Below are positions 1 to 14,382 of a stretch of DNA of 64,000 bases, piece after piece; within the stretch, counting starts at the first letter, position 1, and the number at the start of each line of letters is the position of its first letter. The stretch comes from Octopus vulgaris. Lineage: Eukaryota. The notes below the pieces were generated by a model, which saw only the letters and a list, made by a program, of their open reading frames with translations, was not told where the DNA came from and did not search any database. Both the position numbers and the translations under genes were made by a program. Location: the NCBI GenBank assembly GCA_951406725.2, contig OX597815.1:48732001-48796000 (forward strand). Reading direction: 5' to 3'.

Positions 1-867
1 ATTACTCATCTCTTAATTATTCATTTCTCTTAGTCTCACTGTATCACTGGAATGACTAAGGATGCTAGTGGATGTTACTGGAATGACTAAGAGCACTAGT
101 GGATCTCCTCTTTACACAATACAGTGCTTCCAGAACAACTAAGGATGCCACTGCACCTGTGACACCTTTACTTCTCTCATCTTCATTTCCCTTACTGTGT
201 CAACCATCATCAACATCATTTAATGTCTGTTTTCCATGCTGGCATATGTTTGATGGTCCAGCAAGAACTGACAATTCAAAATTCTACACCAAGTTCTGCT
301 GTCTGATTTGGCATGGTTTCTTCCTAAGAGTATGACTGCACTAGACACACAAATACATCCTGCAATCTACCAATACTCCCTATTAGATATCAACAATCAT
401 TATTCATCCTCATCATCCATCTACCCCTTGCTATCTATTATGCTCTCAACCCAATTATCTATACTGATGGTGTGATGGTAAAATGTACCCAGTACACTCT
501 GTTAAGTATGTGAGGCAAGAAGTAACTTTTAGTCTAGTTGAAGGTGTGACAGCTTCCCTAGAGATGTTTCCAAGAAATGAAATGTATCAAATATACTGTG
601 ATGCTGTTGGTGACAGGAAGGGTATCCAGCCATAGGAAACAAGCCAAAATTAAACTTATGATTCAGATGTGTACCTCTGACTCATGCAAGCACACAAAGT
701 AGACATAAAATGATGATGATGACAATGATGGTATATATATATATATATATATATATAACAATGATGGTATATATATATATATATATATATATTTATAGAA
801 ATGCATACACATACAATATACATAAACACACACACACACACACACACATGCACACACATATATATTT

Positions 868-1300
868 AGGCACAGGCATGTCTGTGTGGTAAGAAGCTTG
901 CTTCCCAGCTACATGGTTTTGGGTTTAATCCCATTGTGTGGCACCTTGGGCAAGTGTCTTCTGCTATAAGCCTTGGGCCGACCAAAGCCTTGTGAGTGGA
1001 TTAGGTTGAGGGAAACTGAAAGAAGCCTGTCATGTATACATATATGTGTGTGTCTGTATATATTTATGTCTGTGTGTCTTTGTGTTTGTGTTTGCCCCCC
1101 CTCCCCATTGCTTGACAACCAATGTTGGTGTATTTGCATTCCTAGTAACTTAGCACTTCGGCAAAAGAGATCGACAGAATAAGTACTAGGCTTACAAAGA
1201 ATAAGTCCTGGAGTTTATTTTTGCTTTTCTAAAACCCTTTAAGGCAGTGCTCCAGCATGTCTGCAGTCAAATGACTGAAACAAGTAAGAGAATAAAAGAA
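868..1300 (+). mobile_element. tRNA-derived SINE family A (internal TA/TG microsatellite)
   Basis: Head gg..cagg..tg.ctgtgtggtaagaagcttgcttccca with A/B-box-like motifs, tail gactgaaacaagtaa.aga.taaaaga. Many copies in the window. Confidence 0.85.
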
Positions 1301-1934
1301 TATTATATCTATACACACACACACATATCATACTCTATCAGGTAATATGGAGTGCGTGATATGCACTTATTTTATATAAACAAATAGGCTGTGAAAAATA
1401 AACAAAATAGATAATATCATCATCATCAGCAGCAACATCTTTATCATCATCATCATAAAAACCTCACAATCATCATCATCATCAGCAGCAGCAAAAAGAG
1501 CTTCATTGCTACCAATATCATCTTTATTGTTATCAACCTTATTATAATCATGCCCGCCCAGTCTCTACTACTATGGACGTCCTCGCCATCATCATCATCA
1601 TTATCATCACCATTGTTGTCATCATCTCTGTTGTCAAGTGGTCATCTACTTACAATTCATTTGGGTCAATTCAACTCAATCACTTAATCAAGAAAGGGTT
1701 TTCATTATGGCCAAATGTTGACCATTCCTGGAGGGAGAGAAACCCGATTGTTAAGATATTCAACAAAGCTAGCAATTAGAGAAGTTGGCTTGCTAGCTGT
1801 GAGTGGGTCAGTGTAGCCAGTGGCCATAGCACCATAGGTGAAATGGCAGTAAACTAACTAAAAACAATGAAGACGGACACTGTCTTCAGGGTATGTGCCA
1901 ATCAACATTGTCAGTCATGCTGAATAGCGGTATA

Positions 1935-2110
1935 ATGGTAGATAGCTAGGTTGGTATGTGGATAGATTGATAGAGAGACAGATTGATGGGTGAACAGAGA
2001 GGCAGGGAAAAGACAGGCAGACAAAGAGATAGACAGACAGATAGGTTGATAGATAAAGAGATAGACACATATATAGGTAGACTGACAGGTAGCTAGATAG
2101 ATAGAGAGAC

Positions 2111-2177
<67 letters not shown>

Positions 2178-2252
2178 CAGACAGATAGAAAGATAGATAG
2201 ATAAATAGATAGAGAGAGACAGGCAGACAGACAGACAGACAGACAGACAGGC

Positions 2253-2312
<60 letters not shown>

Positions 2313-2441
2313 GGATAGATAGACTGACAGGTAGATAGATAGTCTGGCTGATAGGCAGATGGACAGACAGATAGATAGACAAGCTGATAGACAGAGATAG
2401 ATACATAGACAGTCAGGATGAGATAGATAGACTGATAGATC

Positions 2442-2507
<66 letters not shown>

Positions 2508-2660
2508 CAGAGAGACAGATAATTAGATAAATAGAGACAGAGAGATAGATAGATAAATAAACAGATAAATAGATGAGTAGAGAGAGCTAGATAGATAATA
2601 GGTGGATAGAAGGAAGGATAGAGATAATCAAATGGGTAAATAGACAAAACAGATAAATCG
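1935..2660. repeat. (GATA)n/(GACA)n microsatellite complex
   Basis: Direct reading. A similar (TATC)n tract lies at 55923-56140. Confidence 0.95.
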
Positions 2661-3396
2661 TGTAAATAAATAATGAAACAGATAGTTTAATAAACATGGG
2701 TATAAACACATACACACTCACTTGCACACATACATATTTTATGGTGCTGACAGGCGATCTTAAGTAGGTTTATGCTTTCTGCTGTGGGAAGTGAGCCCTG
2801 CCTTGCTGTGAGCTATGAATCCACAATCACCACAAATGAAATCATTTGAAGAAGATTCTCAATGGTGTCTCTGTTTAAGATTCAGATGAAGTTGATCACA
2901 ATGTTTCTGTCCACACAATATTTCAAATTGTTTTAAACTAGTGAAAGACTTTTTTTTTTTTTTGAGCAAGATCTTCTCAATGCTTGAAGGTGGTTAGCGG
3001 GCAGGATAATTAGCATGCTGGGCAAAATGCTTTGTGGCATTTTGTTGGTTTTTGTGTTCTGAGTTCAAATTTTGCTAAAGTCATCTTTGCCTTTCATCCC
3101 TTTGGGGTCTATAAAATAAGTACAAGTTGAGCACTGGGGTTCAATGTAATCAACTTACCTCTTTTCTTGAAATTGCTGGCTATCTGCCAAATTTTTAAAC
3201 CAATATTATAAAGCTTGAAGTTTTCTTTAAACTGATTCTTGTAATGTAAGAGGGGGTGATCTACAAGACATTTGCTGTTCCAAAGCTGACCATAAAACAA
3301 CTATTTGGTGAGTCTATCATCTTTCATCCAAACCAATTGCCCTACCCATCTCAATTTTATCATTATTGCACATATGCACATGTATCTGTATAATAC

Positions 3397-3442
<46 letters not shown>

Positions 3443-3829
3443 GCACACACACGCACACACACACTCTCACACACACTCACACACACACACACATACATGT
3501 TAACAACATGGATGGCAAATTGAAAACAGGGAATGATTGTTAGTTTGTAGATCAATGAGAGGAATGAAAGTAGAAGTCTTTGATGTTTCAAACTTAAGCT
3601 CTTTCTCAAAAAGTTAGACAGAAGGAAAGGTGTAGACAAAGGAAAAGTAACAGGAACAATGAAATACATTCATGTATGCATGAATGTGTCTAAATTTGGG
3701 CTGATGCCGTTCAAGAGGAAATGTGTTTATGCAAGTGGGTTTAAAGTGTGGTGGGTAGGTTTAAAGAGGGAATGCAAAAGTGATATGGAAGATGTGTATG
3801 CTGTGGATGGGGAAGCAAGGGATTTGGTG

Positions 3830-4262
3830 TTATCTTTTATCTATTTCAGTCATTAGACTGTGGCCATGCTGGGGCATTGTCTTGAAGAACTTTAAGTCAA
3901 AGGAATTGACCAGTATTTTGTTTTCCATCCTGGTACCTATTTTATCAGTCTCTTTTTGCTGAACTTCTAACTAATGGAGACATCAACAAGCTAATACCAG
4001 TTGTCAAACAGTGGTATGGGACAAACACAGACACAAAGGCACACACACACACACACACACACACTCTCTCTCTCACACACACACACAAATATATGTATAT
4101 ATGATGGATTTCGTTCAATTTCCATCTACTAAATTCACTTACAAGGCTTTGGTCAGCCTGAAACTGTAGAAGACATTTGCTCAAGATGCCATGCAATGAG
4201 ACTGAACCCAGAACCATGTGGCTGGGAAGCAAGCTTCTTACCACACAGCTATGACTGTGCCT
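3830..4262 (-). mobile_element. SINE family A (diverged)
   Basis: Reverse-complement match to the 868-1300 copy. Confidence 0.8.
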
Positions 4263-5357
4263 ATGTATATTTTGACTCGTGTGTATTTTCTCTTGTTGTG
4301 CATATTTTGTTGTAAAATACTTTGGATGTATATGCATTCGTGTAGGCCATGTGAAGTTTATGGTGATATTGTGCATATTAAAGAATATAGAAGTCCATGT
4401 GTGAATGTTTACAGAAAGAAAGTAAATTAATTTTCACATTGGAGATGTGAGTCTGATGATCACTCCGTAGGACTAAGCCAAGCGCTAAGAGATACCAGAT
4501 AGACTGGTGCATAGGGTGAAAATGATATGAAATGAGAGAATCATTGGTGAGATTGATGTCTTGAATGTGTTCAATGAAACAAGTTGACAAATATCATCCA
4601 GTTTGTCCAATATATAGAGAGTTGCAGAGGGAGACATTTAAGCTTTTTAAACAGAGGTGCATATGAAACTTTCTGTTATGTGGAAAGGATTATCACTGAG
4701 ATCTTTGCAGAAGATGATATTGGAGAGCAAGGGAGAAGTGCAGCAATGGACACAAAAGCAAAGAAAGGATACAGGGAATAGGAAATAAACAATGGATGAG
4801 TAGATTACATAGATTATGGGTGTGCTTAAAGATAGAAGAGGAAGGGGAATGGATTAGGAATATATAGGAACTTATGTGGTTGGATTGGACAATTCAGAAT
4901 GCACATAAGATAGTGTACTGGAGGGTGAGTACAGATGAGAAAAAAAAGGAAAGCAGATGTGAAAGGATGGAAGTGAGAGGGGAAGGGAAAGGTGTATGGT
5001 CGATTTTCTGAATGCAAGAAAAGATAGCTCAGACTAGGGTGGAGGTTATTTGTGCCACATTAAGTGTTGGACCATGTATTGAGATGGTGTCTCAAAATCA
5101 TGGTCAAGGCTACAGAGATGGTGAGATGGAGGAACTGTGAATAGGAGAATGAAGCATTTGATATGAGTGAGATGGCAAGAGATGAAGTTGAAGTAAGGAT
5201 AGGAGTTGGTGAGTTTGTAAATGATGGAGGTGGTGAGGACAAGGGAAAGAAGAATGCTAGTAAAAGACATGTCATGAGAATTAACAATGGTGAATTCTAA
5301 AATATAGGAGGGGCGGAGAGTTAATGAAAGGGACGAAGATTTAACTTTGATCATCGA

Positions 5358-5393
<36 letters not shown>

Positions 5394-6156
5394 TGTGTGT
5401 GTGTGTGTGTTTATCTATAATAAATGTTTTAGCTCAAAGATGGACCAGTGAACTATAAAAAAAGATCTAGGACTCAGCAGAGCAGGTGAATAAGGTGGCT
5501 TATTTGAGGACCCATTCTGGTAGCCTTAGCCACCTTAGACAGCTTTTGGTAGAAGTATCCTGCAAAGACCAAGCATGTGAGAGTGAGAACAAATTCAGTT
5601 AAGTACTGGCCTGAAGGTCAGCTGAACAAATATTGTAAAGCAATAAATACACAGACACACACACTCACATATAGGTCTGCAACAAAATTACTAGTCCATA
5701 CATGTGCATCTACAGATAAAGACAACCATACACACACACCACATATATATACATTCACATATATGTAACATTTAATAAACTTTATTTTCTTTGCATTCAT
5801 ATGCACATAAATATAGATGCAGACACACTTGCACTTGTATACATATGCATGAATGTGTATATATGGACATACAGAGTAATGTAATAATGCCAACAACTTG
5901 TTTATATAAACACTATTTCCTCTTTCTTTCACCCACCTTCTTCCTCTCTGTCTCTCAGTCTCTCCTGTATATAGATGCATAATTACATATACATGCATGC
6001 ATACATACAAATATATACATGAACACATACACATAAACACATACACATGTATATGCATATATATATATGCATACATACAGAGATATACCAGTGTATACTT
6101 TATACATACATATATACATACTAGCATACATATGTAGTTACTAACATGCACAGACA

Positions 6157-6210
<54 letters not shown>

Positions 6211-7263
6211 GACGTCCAAACTCTGATCAGATTGTTTCCAAATTACACTCCAGTTTTTCACTAGAGCTCAGTCATATCATGAATTAGACATTACAGATAA
6301 CAGATATCCTGACTAGCATTATACGAAAAACTTAATGAGTGATATCTTTTCCTGTGAAATGGATCAGAACACATTTTGGCATGGCACCGTCCTGCTGTAT
6401 TCATGAATATAGACCAAATATTTTCATGCTGTTTATGCGTATATGCATATGAATATCTCTGTGTATGTATTTTGTTGCTATGTGTTGTGTATTTGTATTT
6501 TGATTATAGTCAGTCTAGAGCACACTCACATATATGTTTGTGTATATATTTTTGTAATAAGATTATTATCAGTTTAACATATGTGTTGGGGTGTTAGTGG
6601 GTATGTGTGTAATCTTGCTTGACGATATGATCATATATATATATGTAGATATGTATATATTTGTATATATACATGCATCAGTTTATATATGTGCATATAT
6701 GTATATGCATAAATATATATTGACGTATATAATTGTATATATATAGAGACATATTTGTGCACACATATATATAACTGGATGAATGTATGTACATGTTTAT
6801 AAAAATGCATGTATATGTATGTTTATATATATTAATACACTAGTTATACATATGAACTTCATCATCGCCAATGATAATATTGATGGTATATAAACATATA
6901 AATAAATATAGCTGCATTCATATGTATGCAGAAAGATACACACATATGCACATCCATACAGACATAACTCCCACTGCACAAACATATAGATAAGCACACA
7001 TTGAAATACATACATATATATATATATATATATACCTATGTATGTATGATTATCATATTTACATAGAAGATTGTAAAGATATTTTGCGGTTTGATAGTGT
7101 CCTTGTTAGATTCTCTTTGCCTGATACACTATCTTTCTGTCTTTATGTTTCTGTTTAATTGTATTATTTTTACTTCTATAGTCATGCAGATTTATGTTTC
7201 TCCCAGGGCCTTTCCACAGTTTTTAAAATATAACTAGCATTATACTTTACCTTCACTACTGTG

Positions 7264-7318
<55 letters not shown>

Positions 7319-7647
7319 GTATGTGAACAGCTATTTGCGTGTGCATGTATTAGTAGGGAAGAGGAGAAAATTACTCACTAAAAAAATAGTGTGCAATAGT
7401 CCATTTATTCTGTTCCAGTGGAGTATATACTAATTTGTTGTTGGTTCCTCAGACAGGGGAAAACTGGAAAATTAGTATAAACATAGGACTCTGACAATGA
7501 GACAAACTATGGTACTTGAGTTTTGCTGAATTTACAAGCTGGCTTTTGACCTAGCAAATGGAGAAGAATGGAGAGAAGAAAGACTGTCAGGTGCACATGC
7601 ATGCGGAAGCAGGTATGCATGCAGTCAGAGATGCACACATACACATA

Positions 7648-7910
7648 ATAAAAATAAATAAATGTGCCCTTTTAATGTCTAGCCAGGCTCATGGGCCCGG
7701 TTTCCCAGTTTCTATGGTGTATATGTTCCCCAGCTGGATGGAAAGCCAGTCCATCACAGCATTACTCATTTTTGCCAGCTGAGTTGACTGGAGCAATGTG
7801 AAATGAAGTGTTTTGCTCAAGAACACAATGCATCGCCCGGTCCAGGAATCGAAACCACAATCTTACGATCATGAGTTCAACACCATAATCACTAAGCCAC
7901 ACGCCTCCAT
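7648..7910 (-). mobile_element. tRNA-derived SINE family C
   Basis: Minus strand GGAGGCGTGTGGCTTAGTG...GTTTCGATTCC (A and B boxes), then tgtgttcttgagcaaaacacttc. Related copies at ~9690-9920, 17900-18005, 31710-31980 and 62992-63240. Confidence 0.8.
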
Positions 7911-9945
7911 ACACATACACATACCAGTTATGTATTGAGCTAGAAAAGAGTGGTAGTGAGAAAAGAGAAAAGAAGCAAGTATAGAAAAGAAAGAGAAACA
8001 AAGAAAGGAGAGAAAAAGGGCAGAAGAAGGTGTGCGTATATGTGTCTATGCCAATCTCTCATTTTAAGTTACCTCTATGACAGAGACCTCATTATTTCTA
8101 CCTTTATATTAGAGGTACACAACCTAAACTTTTGGAGGAGGGTCTAGTTGATTACATCGACTTCAGTGCTCAGCTGGTACTTATTGACCCAAAGAGGATG
8201 AAATGAAAAATAAATCTCTGCATACTTTGCAGTTAGAACATAATGCTTGGAAGAAGAATTGCTAAGTATTTTGTCCAGTGTACTAAAGTTTCTGTCAACC
8301 CACTGTCTTGGGAAAATCTTCATTATTACAAAGCCTAATTCCGTAGAAATCTGACAGCCAAATCAAAGTAAAGAAGTCATTATCATTGCCTAGCCATCTC
8401 TTGAATTTCTGCATTAATTTTAATTTCATCATTAGGAACCATCTTAGCGTTTTATTAGTGTGCACAAAAGAATGCAATCAGTCAGTCACACTTAGTTTGG
8501 TGTGCCATTCTTACGTTTTTGTTCCCGCTACATCATTTCTCTTTTGTAACAATTTTGTAATTTCTCGAAATTACAGAAATTTTTTTTTAATTCAGAGCTC
8601 TTATTATTCCATTATGTCACTTAAGGATTATAAAAATGAAAGATTATGAAAAGCGTTGGAGGCCAAGAAAAGAAAAATTTTGTCGTGGAATCATTAGGAC
8701 TTGTTCTATTATTAGATTTAGGAAGCATTGTTCTCTTGAAATAAATGTTGCTATGCAAGATCCAAATGAGTGTAACATGGGCATGTAGTAAAATCATGAA
8801 CAATATGGGGCACAGTTAAGACATTGCCAATCTCCCAAACTATTATTCAGCAAAAGGAGAAACGTTTATTTAATTAATCAGTTGAAACAAGTAGCAGAGA
8901 AAATCACACAAATGCTTATTGTTTCATGTGGATGTTTCAGACAGAACAAGAAATAGTCTAAACACCATAGCATTCAGATAACAGGTGAATGAGCAAATGC
9001 TGATATCTAGATTGCACCAGAAATTGCTGTACATTTAATGTCTATTATAGAAGGAGGTAAATTCCCTCAGATTTGTAAATAATGTCAATGGATGCAGACT
9101 ATTTCTGAGATGTCTATCTCTTAACACTTATAACTCAAGAGAAGAGAAAATAAGGCATTAAAGTATAAAGTTGCAAAACACTATCTTGTATTAGAGTTAG
9201 GAGCAAATGCCACTGGAGACTCAAAACTTGAGTCAAAATTTATCATTCTGATAAATCAAAGTCAAGGCAAAGCATATCTAAATCTAGTTTGTAGATGGAA
9301 ATATAATGAAACAAATAAAAAAAAAGGAAAAAGAAAGAAAAGAAGAAAGAAAGAAAAGTCTGGACTACTGAATGGTTAACTGAACATACAACGTTCTGAA
9401 CATTTTTATGTTCAGTTAACCATTGCTGTCAAATGTTACTGTGAGAATAACCATAAGCCTAAGGAACTTCTGCATTTAAACAAACTCATTAAATTCTTAC
9501 TTACTCCGAACCTACAGTCATCCATTTGAATTTCATAAATATCTTTTCCTTATTATATTTTTAAAATACTAGGTCACCACACTAAACTCACCTTTCTAAA
9601 TTGCTATACCTCTTGTACTGGTCATTTAAATCTCATTTTTATTAATAATATTGATGTACTCTCCTGTTGAAGAAAGATGTATGAGTGTTCAGCTTTTGCT
9701 GAACGACCTGCACAAATGATTTGTTTATTTTGATCAAATGTATGTGCTGTACATTATCTCACTCCCTTCATCAAATTGGCGTTGTTTGAACAGCCACGTG
9801 CCAGGTGTCAAAGTGAACACATAGCAACATGAGATGAGGTGTTTTGCTCAAGAAGACAATGCACTTGAAACTATGATCTCACGATCATGAGTGCAACACC
9901 CTAACTACTAGGCCATGCATTCTCATAATAATAATAATGATGATG

Positions 9946-9994
<49 letters not shown>

Positions 9995-9996
<2 letters not shown>

Positions 9997-10550
9997 GCCC
10001 TGATGCAGTACCAGGCAGTGGCTCTCATGGCTTCTGATCTTAACTGATTGGAAGTGTTATCATGTACATTGTTTTGTCTTGGTATAAAAGATGGGCTACA
10101 GCAAATATTTTGCTCAATACCACAAATTTGTTTGTCAGTTGTTTGACCTTAACCAGTTGAGCATGTCCCTTAGTGGCTGACGATATGTGCATCTCTGATC
10201 ACGAGCAGAAGTAGTGGGGGAGCATCATAGCCATGTGTTGAGAAGGATTCTTTGGGGTTTGAATAATTCACCTCTGGAAACATGGGTGTTTCGTTCAACG
10301 TCCTTAAACAACCCTTATTCAGGGACCTTTTGAGCGGGATGGGTTACTCGATCTGAAGAAAATTCTAACTGGGCTCCACCTGCAAGGTCATGTGCTGTTT
10401 ATCTTGATATGAGATCACCATGTCGCGCACATATGGTTGTGATGCATGTGCCTGGTGTACCCTTATCAGACGGGTAGTCATGATGGGTATACTGGGTTTC
10501 GTATATTTTACCCCAGTGTCACTTTGATGGCATGCTCTGCTCGCTCACTC
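9995..10550. mobile_element. ~556-bp non-coding interspersed repeat inserted in (AAT)n; partial second copy at ~43773-43940
   Basis: Bounded by (AAT)n on both sides. The internal segment aaatatt.tgctcaataccaca...tctttggg recurs at 43.8 kb. Confidence 0.65.
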
Positions 10551-10576
10551 AATAATAATAATAATAATAATAATAA

Positions 10577-11110
10577 CCATGACAAGGTAACCCAAAACTT
10601 GATAATGGGTGCTTGGTACCAACATACACCAGAAAAGGTAATGGATGAAAAGGGGAAGGCAAAAATCTCTGGGTCTTTGACTTCCAGACCGACGTGGTGT
10701 TAAAGCACCAAAGGCCAGATATAGTAACCTTTAGGAGAGACAAACAAGAGTACCTAATAATTGATGTGGCAATGCAGGAGATCAACATATTATCATGAAA
10801 GAAAGCGGAAAGACAGATAAATATGGAGACCTGAGAATTGAGGCTGCCAAGATGTAGCAGCTACGAGAGTCAAACATAAAGATTGTCCCTATTGTCATTG
10901 GAGCATTAGGTCCATTGCCACCCACTCTGAAAAAAACATCTGGAAACTTTAGAAATACCCTACAATCTAGGTGTATTGCAAAAATGAGCATTGCTTGGAA
11001 CTGCGCACATATTGCATAAAGCACTGTGTGTCTGAGGTTGTGACTTGACAGACAGTACAAATTGGTTCACACAATATTTTCAATCAACTGGATACCATGT
11101 GATTTCTTAA
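10577..11110 (+). mobile_element. 5'-truncated R4/Dong-like non-LTR retrotransposon (restriction-like endonuclease domain) in an (AAT)n array
   Basis: Frameshifted HDKV..WYQHTPEKV..DFQTD..RPDIV..IIDVA..KTDKYGDL..VPIVIGALG..LLGTAHIL. (AAT)n on both sides. Confidence 0.85.
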
Positions 11111-12442
11111 ATAATAATAATAATAATAATAATTAAAATTGAACAAATAAATAAAATGAAAAATTAAAAAAAGGAATAAGGAGGATAGCTGTTTGGCTGT
11201 TAGGTTCCTGATTGTTAGATGATTATCCGGATTCTTGAACAAAGTGATGTGTTGTCTCCTTAAGCAAAGTCCTTCATTTGCCTTTCTTCTAGTCCACCCA
11301 AATGAAAGAATGTACCAGAGGCAGCTAGGGTTTATTCTGGTGACAGAGTAATGTTCTCTCAGCCTTTTAGATGCATTCAGAACCCAGACGATAAGCCCTG
11401 GATTCATGACCATGTAGCCTTGAGACATACCAAAATGAATAAGCATTCAAATCTTCTTGTAGTGTTTAGCTCCAAATCAACCTTGGCTGAGAAAATCTTT
11501 GCTAAGAACCAATCTAACCATGACAATAGATGGATTTCCTTTCTCCAGTAGATCTAAAAATACTTAACTCAGTGTTTGTTCTTCTCTTGTTTAAGATTAT
11601 GAAGGTTCTGATTTGCAGGAAACTTGATTAGTTTCAGCAAGGTAAACAACCAAACATACTCTACCTCACTGTTTTTTTATTTTTATTTATTTTTTTCTTA
11701 TTCAGAATATTTCTCCTTGTATAGGTCAGAATGAATGCATTTCTTGTGTGTTTACTATTCCTTAAGGGACCACCAAAATATTTTTAAAAAATGGTTATAT
11801 TACAATAAAATAGTTGTTTCTTATATGAAGAATATTTAGAACATGACAACAACTAAAAGAACAAAAGAACTCATCTCCAGGTTATCTTAAGGAAATACTA
11901 ATTTTTGAGAGAAATTCCAAAGAATTCAGACTCTTCAAACTTCACTGGTTTTCCACACTGATGGCAGACTGAACCCATTCTCACTATATTATTGGTAATT
12001 TCATTAACAAATAATTGCATTTTCTGATAATTACATTAACATTACATTACATTACTGATTATTTCATTGATCTTATTTAAAACGATATTAATTAAAAATG
12101 TGGAGAATGTCTTACATGATGTTGACAATTATGATGATGATGACGATGATGATGATGGGAAAAGTGGTGTTGGTGGTGACAATTGCAACAACACTGATGT
12201 TAATTGTCACCAGTATGAAGTTGGTGACAGTGATGATGATGATGATGATAATATCAATGTTAATAGCAAAGATAAGGACGATAATGATGCTGATGACTAC
12301 ATTGGCAAGAACTTAAGTTGCTATTATATACTCACACTGTGAAGATTTTGTTAAGGCTATACTCATGCTGATAATGATAATAATATTGATAATTACTTTC
12401 ATTTTGATTATATATATATATGTGTGTGTGTGTAAACTGATA

Positions 12443-12485
<43 letters not shown>

Positions 12486-13391
12486 TTTCTACTTTAGGTA
12501 CAAGACCTGAAATTTGGGGGGAGGAGACCAGTCAATTAGATCGACCCTAGTATGCAACTGGTACTTAATTTATCATACATACATACATACATACTCATCA
12601 TTATCATCATTTAGCATATACATTCCCTGCTGGCATGGGTTAGTGTGTGTGTGTCTGTATGTGTGTGTGTGTGTGTGTAAACTGATAGACTACACACGCA
12701 CACACACACACACGCACACACACACACACACTAACCCATGCCAGCAGGGAATCTATATGCTAAATGATGATGATGATGAGTATGTATGTATGTATGTATG
12801 TATAATTGTAATCCATTTATAGTGTTAATAACGCCATTGTTATTAACCGAATATAATAATAATTAAACACATTATCACAATATTATTTGTAACCATTTCT
12901 AATTAGTGCATCATAGCTAGTGCATTGGTATTAATCCTATTCAATGGTATAACTAATTACTTGCTTAATCAAGTGAAAGAGAGACGACTGCTGGCTCGGT
13001 TGCAATGTCTTGAGCATGTGATTCAATGGATTTCTGTCACATATAAATACATGTGACTAAGTGTTATTAATCATTAGGAGAAAAGGGAATGAGAGCAATG
13101 TAAAGTGTAACAAAGATTTACATAGTCTGTTTTGAAATCCAAATATCATTTAAATACTATTTCTTAAGACTAAATTTATTTTCTTTGCTTTTGCGTCTGG
13201 TTTGCAAGATTCTTTATATGAATTCTTGTGTTGAAATAAATTTTGTTGTGTCTAGGGAGAGTCATTATGCCAATATTATTAACACTTGCACTGGTTCAAT
13301 TAGTTTGTTGGATATTTAACGAATTGACTAATAATAAAGGATTGGAATTGAACCAGTGCATGTGTTAAAGATATTGGCGCATAATTATAAT

Positions 13392-13795
13392 AGGTGCAGG
13401 AGTGGCTATGTAGTAAGTAGCTTGCTTACCAACCACATGGTTCTAGGTTCAGTCCCACTGTGTGGTCCCTTGGGCAAGTGTCTTCTACTATAGCCTCGGG
13501 CTAACCAAAGCCTTGTGAGTGGATTTAGTAGATGGAAACTGAAAGAAGCTCGTCGTATATATGTATATATGTGTGTGTTTGTGTGTCTGTGTTTGTCCCC
13601 CACCCCACCCCAACATCGCTTGACAACCGATGGTGGTGTGTTTACACCCCCATAACGTAGCAGTTCGGCAAAAGAGACCTACAGAATAAGTACTAGGCTT
13701 ACAAAGAATAAGTTCTGGAGTCAATTTGCTCGACTAAAGGCGGTGCTCCAGCATGGCCACAGTCAAAATGACTGAAACAAGTAAAAAAAAAAAAA
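13392..13795 (+). mobile_element. SINE family A
   Basis: Full-length match with A-rich tail. Confidence 0.88.
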
Positions 13796-14382
13796 TAATG
13801 ACTCTCCTTAGACACAACTATATTTATTATTTTTGTTATTTAGAATGGCAAAGATAGCAAGCTGGCAGAATCATTAGCATGCTAGACAAAATGCTTAGCA
13901 ACATTTCATCCATCTTTACATTCTGAATTCAAATTCTGCCAAGGTCAGATTTGCCTTTAGGGGTTGATAAAATAAATACATTTCAAATACTGGGGTCGAT
14001 ATAAGTCAACTATCCCCCTTCTCCTAAATTACTGGCCTTGGGCTGCCAAAATCTGAAACCATCATTGACAGCTGCAAGCTGGCAGAATTGTTAAGCATCA
14101 GTAAAAGTACTTTACAGTTTTTGTTCCAACTTCTTATATTTTGAAATCAAATTCTGCCAAACTTCATATTTATAGGTGCAGGGCAGTGTGACTAAGAAAT
14201 TCCTTTTGTAATTGTATGGTTTTGGGTTCACTCCCACAGCATGGCCCATGGCACATTGGGCAGGTGTCTTCTGCTATAGCCTCAGGGCAACCAGTACCTT
14301 GTGAGTGAATTTGGTAGACAAAAACTGTGTTGAAATCCATCATATATATGCATATATATGTGTGTGTATGTATATATATATA

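Noticed and set aside
7830-7910. tRNA-like sequences with A/B boxes (also ~62900-62977 and SINE A/B heads)
   Set aside because: They continue into SINE bodies and do not form complete cloverleaves, so they are SINE heads, not tRNA genes.
12067-12342. 91-aa Asp-rich ORF
   Set aside because: Derived from a degenerate (GAT)n tract.
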